A stretch of DNA of 64,000 nucleotides. It comes from Eledone cirrhosa (Eukaryota). This document shows positions 58,484 to 64,000 of the stretch, piece after piece. How positions within the stretch are numbered: the first letter of the stretch is position 1; each line of letters begins with the position of its first letter. A model generated the notes under the pieces. It was given only the letters and a program-made list of their open reading frames with translations. It had not been told where the DNA came from and ran no database searches. The stretch lies in NCBI GenBank assembly GCA_964016885.1, contig OZ024742.1:328972001-329036000 (forward strand), written 5' to 3'. Made by a program: the position numbers and the translations under genes.

Positions 58484-59440
58484 GTGTGAAGGGCTATATG
58501 TTCATGTTCCCCTTCAATCACTGGACATAGTTATGTCACTATCAATATATACCATTCAAGTTATCCCCTGGCATAGTTACATGTAAACATGAACAAGGTC
58601 CCCTCCCCTATCAATTCAACAATACCATTTAACCTTCTCCATTCTTAGCGTGTAGGGACTATTTGTATTTCTGATCTGGATATTGCGTTTAAATAAGTAA
58701 TGCTGCACGGATTTACCACGTATTTTGGTTAAGGTATTGTACGAATCATCGTCATTATAAGGGTCCACATTTTCGTCATTATTATTATCATCGTCCACAT
58801 CATTATCTTCATCGTCGCAATCATCATCATGATTATCACCATGAACATTGTCATCGTAACAAACACCATCGTCATCAAATCGTTACCCCCATCTGTCAAT
58901 ATCATCATTATCCTCAACATTAACAACATGATTATCGGCATCATTGTCACTATCATCATCATCAACAGCTTCTAAATTAAGAAGCATGTTATGTTAGATT
59001 CTTTCTGCCCTTTATTTATCAAATTCCACCGGGAAAAAAATGTGCTTTATCTATCCCGTGTGGATACATTTTCTATCAACCTATAATTAGGTTAATTATT
59101 AACTATAGACACTTTTCCATCCTCCAACAAATCCTCTAGTTTTATTCATATATATAAATTGACTGGTTAGCCATTTGATCTAGGCCGTGCTAGGTCACCC
59201 CGATGCATGGATTTAGTTAACAACATTATTAATTACTTTCAAGTTTGTTTCATTGTCGTCGAGCCGCTGAGTTACGCGATAAACAGAGAAAGAAATACAC
59301 ACACACACACACACATGTATATATATGTATATATATATATTTCGTTTATGTATATATATATTTATTAAAATAACAGATTAAATTTTAAGCAAAGAATAGA
59401 GCCCTCTTTTTATTTTAGTCTTAAAATTTATTATTATTAC

Positions 59441-59492
<52 letters not shown>

Positions 59493-60399
59493 TGCGTGTG
59501 TGTGTGTGTGTGTGTATGACGGGCGTCCACAGAGTTACAGTCTACCATGATGTAAACCCGAGACTATATTAGCAGACACTTGACCAATGTTACACGCAGT
59601 AGGACTGATCACAGGACCACGTGCTTACGAAGCAAACTCTTTCACCTATATATTTGTTGATGATAAATATTATCGTTTAGCTATTTCTCTATATAATGTT
59701 ACTGTAAATCCCGCTGGATCTTAGCATTTCATATCTCCGGTGTCGATAAAATATGTAACCCTGAAATGTTGCATTGGATCAGGATGGCTGTATTACCTGC
59801 TCAACCATCAGCTTTTTTTTTTCTTTTGCTCATATTAGAAATCATTATATTCATCATATCATCTGTGTTGTTGTACTTTTTGTGTTTTTGTTGTTGTTAT
59901 AATTGATTTTGTTGCTGTTGTATTTATTAGTTTTGTGTTGGTTTGACCTCTGGGTCAGTTTTGCCTTTTTCCCTCCCGTTATATTTTCCAAGATCACGTT
60001 ATCTAATGGGCTCATTATTTTTTTAAATTGTGTGTTATGGCTTAAGTGAGATTTGGTGAATATACCAGGCCGAGCATAGAAATAAATATCGTGGCTCATT
60101 ATATTTACCAATGAAATACTAAACTAGATAAATTCAACTCCCCGACCTATCTAAATACGTGGACGTGTGAAATGTTAAAAACTATCATTAGAAACTCAGA
60201 CACAATGCTATGTTGCATTTAGTTACGACCCGGGCAAATTTTACCGCGGTCAGCTTGGCATTTTCTTTTTCTGTGGTCGATAAAATAAAGTACCAGTCCA
60301 GTACCAGTCCAGTCAATATAAGAGAAATTCCCTTTCCTCTTAATTAGAAAGAATTATTATCGATATTAAATAAAATGATAATTATAATAATATCAATAA

Positions 60400-60578
60400 T
60401 AATTGTTTCTACTGTTGGCACAAGGCCATCATTTACCCAGTACATTACTGATACTTTATTTTATCGACCCGGTAAGGATGAAAGGCAAAGTTAACCTCGG
60501 CGGGATTTGAACTCAGACCGCAAAGGGACGTAACTATGCTGGAAAGCATGGCGTCCGACCCTCTACCGATACTGCCAA
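60400..60578 (-). mobile_element. SINE copy
   Basis: Close match to the consensus seen at 23640-23830. Confidence 0.88.
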
Positions 60579-63500
60579 TAATAATTATTATCATTATGTG
60601 GCAGATTGGGATAATTAGTAAATTGCTGGAGGAAATGCCAACTAGAATTTAATAACGGCCTTCTCTAGATGTTGCCATGGTTGAGTGGTTCAACATTCAT
60701 ATGGCCCGTATTAAATCCGAATGCACATCAAGTGTCAATGAAATCGGCTAGACCGAAAGTGAGTGGAAGCTCATTCGATGAATCGTACATGTAATTCAAT
60801 TATATAGCTTTGTCACATATTGTATCATGTTGATTCAACCTGAGTATTAAGTTAATGGTACATATGTCTTTAGAATACTTAATTAATTTAACCTGTAGGT
60901 AATTCATATATGTATGAGTTCGTTTCTGTGATTTTTTTTCTTTCCTGTATGGAAATTAGATCGATGAAATATGGTCGACTAAAGATCTGTTAAGGAGGTA
61001 CCCGACTATGGGCTGGGTGAATTGGTCTGTTTACACTATGTGCTTGTGTGCACGGAATGAACATTTCACTGAAGGCACATACGGTGGTTGTAAGAGTAAT
61101 CAGGGATCTGTGATGTTTCTTGATTGATTCGAGGTTGCGGTTCTGTTCTCGAGGGCATCGACATCACAAATGTATTAACGTAATTCACAGGTAGAATCAA
61201 CGTAACAGTGTGTATGGCGAGGCTGAATTACAGTTATAGTCCATCTGACGGGCTTTTAAAATACTTCCGTCTACTCAATTTCATTCATATGGCAATGGTG
61301 GGATCGAGGGTATAAGTGACATATGCCCACGATGCAAGGTAGTGTAATCTTACAAGGGTTTTATTAATTGCAAGGTGAATTCTTTAGCCATATAGTTATA
61401 TCTATTTGTTTTTTAATTTAAATCCGGAATGGAAAGATAGGCAGGTGGAGATCAACAGAGTAGATGATTGTAATACAATAAGGCCCATTCAATATACTTT
61501 TACTTTTCACTTCAAATATACACACGCAGACGGTATGTATATAGATATATAAACAGGCACGATGTGCTTCTGCAGATTTCCTCTAGCAAATTCCACTCAC
61601 TCATTGCGAACTGATTAACCACGTAGACATGCCTGATTGATTGCGATATAAACAGAAAACAGTGTTTACAATTGAGGAACGTTTTTATTGGAAGAAGTTA
61701 ACCACGTGGTTAAAGTGATATATGTACGCTATCAGCACAATTCATTGATTAACCAGAAAATATAGCAAGTAGTGATTATTTCAATAAGTTTCTTTTCCTT
61801 GTATTTTGTTGTCTTCCGTTTGTTGGGCTGGCGTTACCATTAATGCTAACCAGGGCGCAGATCTCAGAGAAGCACGTTACTGAAATTTGAAAGGTCACAG
61901 TATTATTGGAATTTGTAAAAGTAAATTTAATATGTAATAGTTTCCTGTGATCAATAAACAGTCCACTAAACATTTTTGTTGTATAGTAGCATTGTGGAAC
62001 TATCCAAAGCGATGGAGAGGGTAATACATGATTTGTGTAGGAGAGTGTGGGCTGCTTGGTGGGAAAGGCTTACTTTCTAATTTGTTAATGTGGTCAGAGC
62101 AAGAAATATCAAAAACTAAGTTGGTCAACTTGCCAAACTCCTAAATGAAATTATTTCACAGTCAAAAAGGGTGAAGTGGGTGAACATTCTAGTGTGTTAA
62201 TATGCCAGTTTACTCCTTTATTCTTCAAATTGATCGTGCCATTAAACTACGACCATGCTGGGTATACGTCTCAAAAGGATTTCGACAATCATATTGACCC
62301 TTCTGCTTATTTTTTCAATGTTTCTTTTGTCGAATTTCTAAGTTACGTATCATAAGTTAGTTTCTGAACGTGAAATGAAATCGGGATACGCTTTGGATTT
62401 CTTCAAACCCCTACAAGCATGGATAAATGAACGCAAAACATATGGTTAAGGAGCTCACTTCCCAATAATTACATCCCAAGCTCGATCTCGCTGTATGGCA
62501 CCTGTGGAAAATGTCATTTACCTACCTTATCCTAGGATTGACCCATGCATTGTGAATGACATTGGGTAGTCGGAAGCACGTCAAATTGTCTAGAATTATA
62601 ATTCAAATGGTTAACATTTTCACACATATTATTACACTAAATTTCGCTGAGGATTATGTTGAAGAGACATGAGTAGGCTCTTAACGCTAGTCGAACAAGT
62701 GGAATGTTCACTGATGAAGCCGATGTGGATATATTTTATAAATGACAATATGACTATAACCTGAGCACATAACTGCCGAGCGACACGACCTGCTGGAAAT
62801 AACAGCCATACCTACCACAAATATCACACAATGAACGGAAGATATATCATAATATGTATTCCTAGGGTCACTTTGTTCAAAATTATGATGGGATGGTCGC
62901 AGCTAGAATGCTTTTGACAATTGATTTTGTTAACAATACTGATATGAGCCAAACGATAACATATGCTCTGTAAAGTATATTCAGCAGAACATACATGATT
63001 TGCAAATGTGCACTAATGTACACTCACATACACCAGAGCATACACACACACGAATACACATGCACATACACAAACACGTATACACAAGAACGCACACACG
63101 CATCTCGCTTCTTCTTTGAAATCCGTCGAAGTCGATGATGTTACATTTCAAGGCAGCCGGCGATAGATACATACATGGATTTATATTCTAATACGGGACA
63201 TACAGACTTGAAACAGTTGTTGATCAATATGCACACACACATGCACAAACACAGAACAGACTCCTGCACGCATTTATTCATATCTGTGATGTTCCACTGG
63301 TTGTATGCAGTAATAACATGCTAAATGCGAATATTCATCTGCTCTGAGGGATAAGCCCCATTAAACACGTGTTAACTTAGATACATACATATGTAATACA
63401 CACAAGCATATGCATATATGCACAACAAGAAACACATTTCTACATGTCATTATATATGTGTAAAACACACCTTTAGACCATACTTATTCTCGAATCTACA

Positions 63501-64000
63501 TCCAAGCGCATACATATATATATAATTTACACATGTAAACATAGACTCCTACATAGAAGCACATAAACACTTTTTTTTTCTTAGGGAGGTATGTAAGACC
63601 AAGTAAGTTCGCTTCGACCTCCAAGTCATTCTATGGAAGTCCTCTATGTGGAGTTTATCCAGAACCAGCGCCTTCTTCCAGTTATACGCTCTATTCACCT
63701 AAACGAAATGATTTCAACTTTGTTAAAATATCGAAACTAATTTTTAACAGTTTTGTCTCTGATCACACTATGAAAATTGCTAAGCTAATATTATTTTTTA
63801 CAATCCACACTAACACTTGCGAAACAATGTTACAACTCATAACACCATATGATACTCATCTCCACTTTTGATATTTCTACAACACTGCTACGTAGGAAAG
63901 TTTAGTGATATATTTATTCCTCGCAAAAAATTATTTAAATATATAAGTTTGTATAAACTGAGAACCTTTAAAGTTCAGGCAGCTGCTTAGTTGGGTTGAC

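Overview
Eukaryotic, AT-rich, microsatellite- and transposon-dense DNA, most likely intronic or intergenic sequence of an octopod cephalopod (inferred from many copies of an Octopus-type tRNA-derived SINE). Nearly all ORFs in the supplied track are simple-repeat artefacts. Real protein signal is limited to decayed retrotransposons (Penelope-like RT/GIY-YIG, CRE-like and R4-like restriction-like endonuclease, Tx1/L1-like zf-RVT, RTE) and two tentative minus-strand host exons. The standout is an 8.4-kb array (about 45055-53492) of near-identical, non-coding 310-bp units. Each unit carries a complete type I hammerhead ribozyme (HHR) with a minimal palindromic stem III and several hairpins, matching a non-LTR retrozyme (circRNA-producing retroelement). 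The array sits in a (TA)n tract and flips orientation once at 46239: about 3.8 units point left and about 23.4 point right, 27 HHRs in total. Several other HHR-bearing Penelope-type pieces in the window show the same 3'-ends-outward inverted layout next to (TA)n, suggesting one shared integration mechanism. Ribozyme activity and mechanism are inferred from sequence, not demonstrated.
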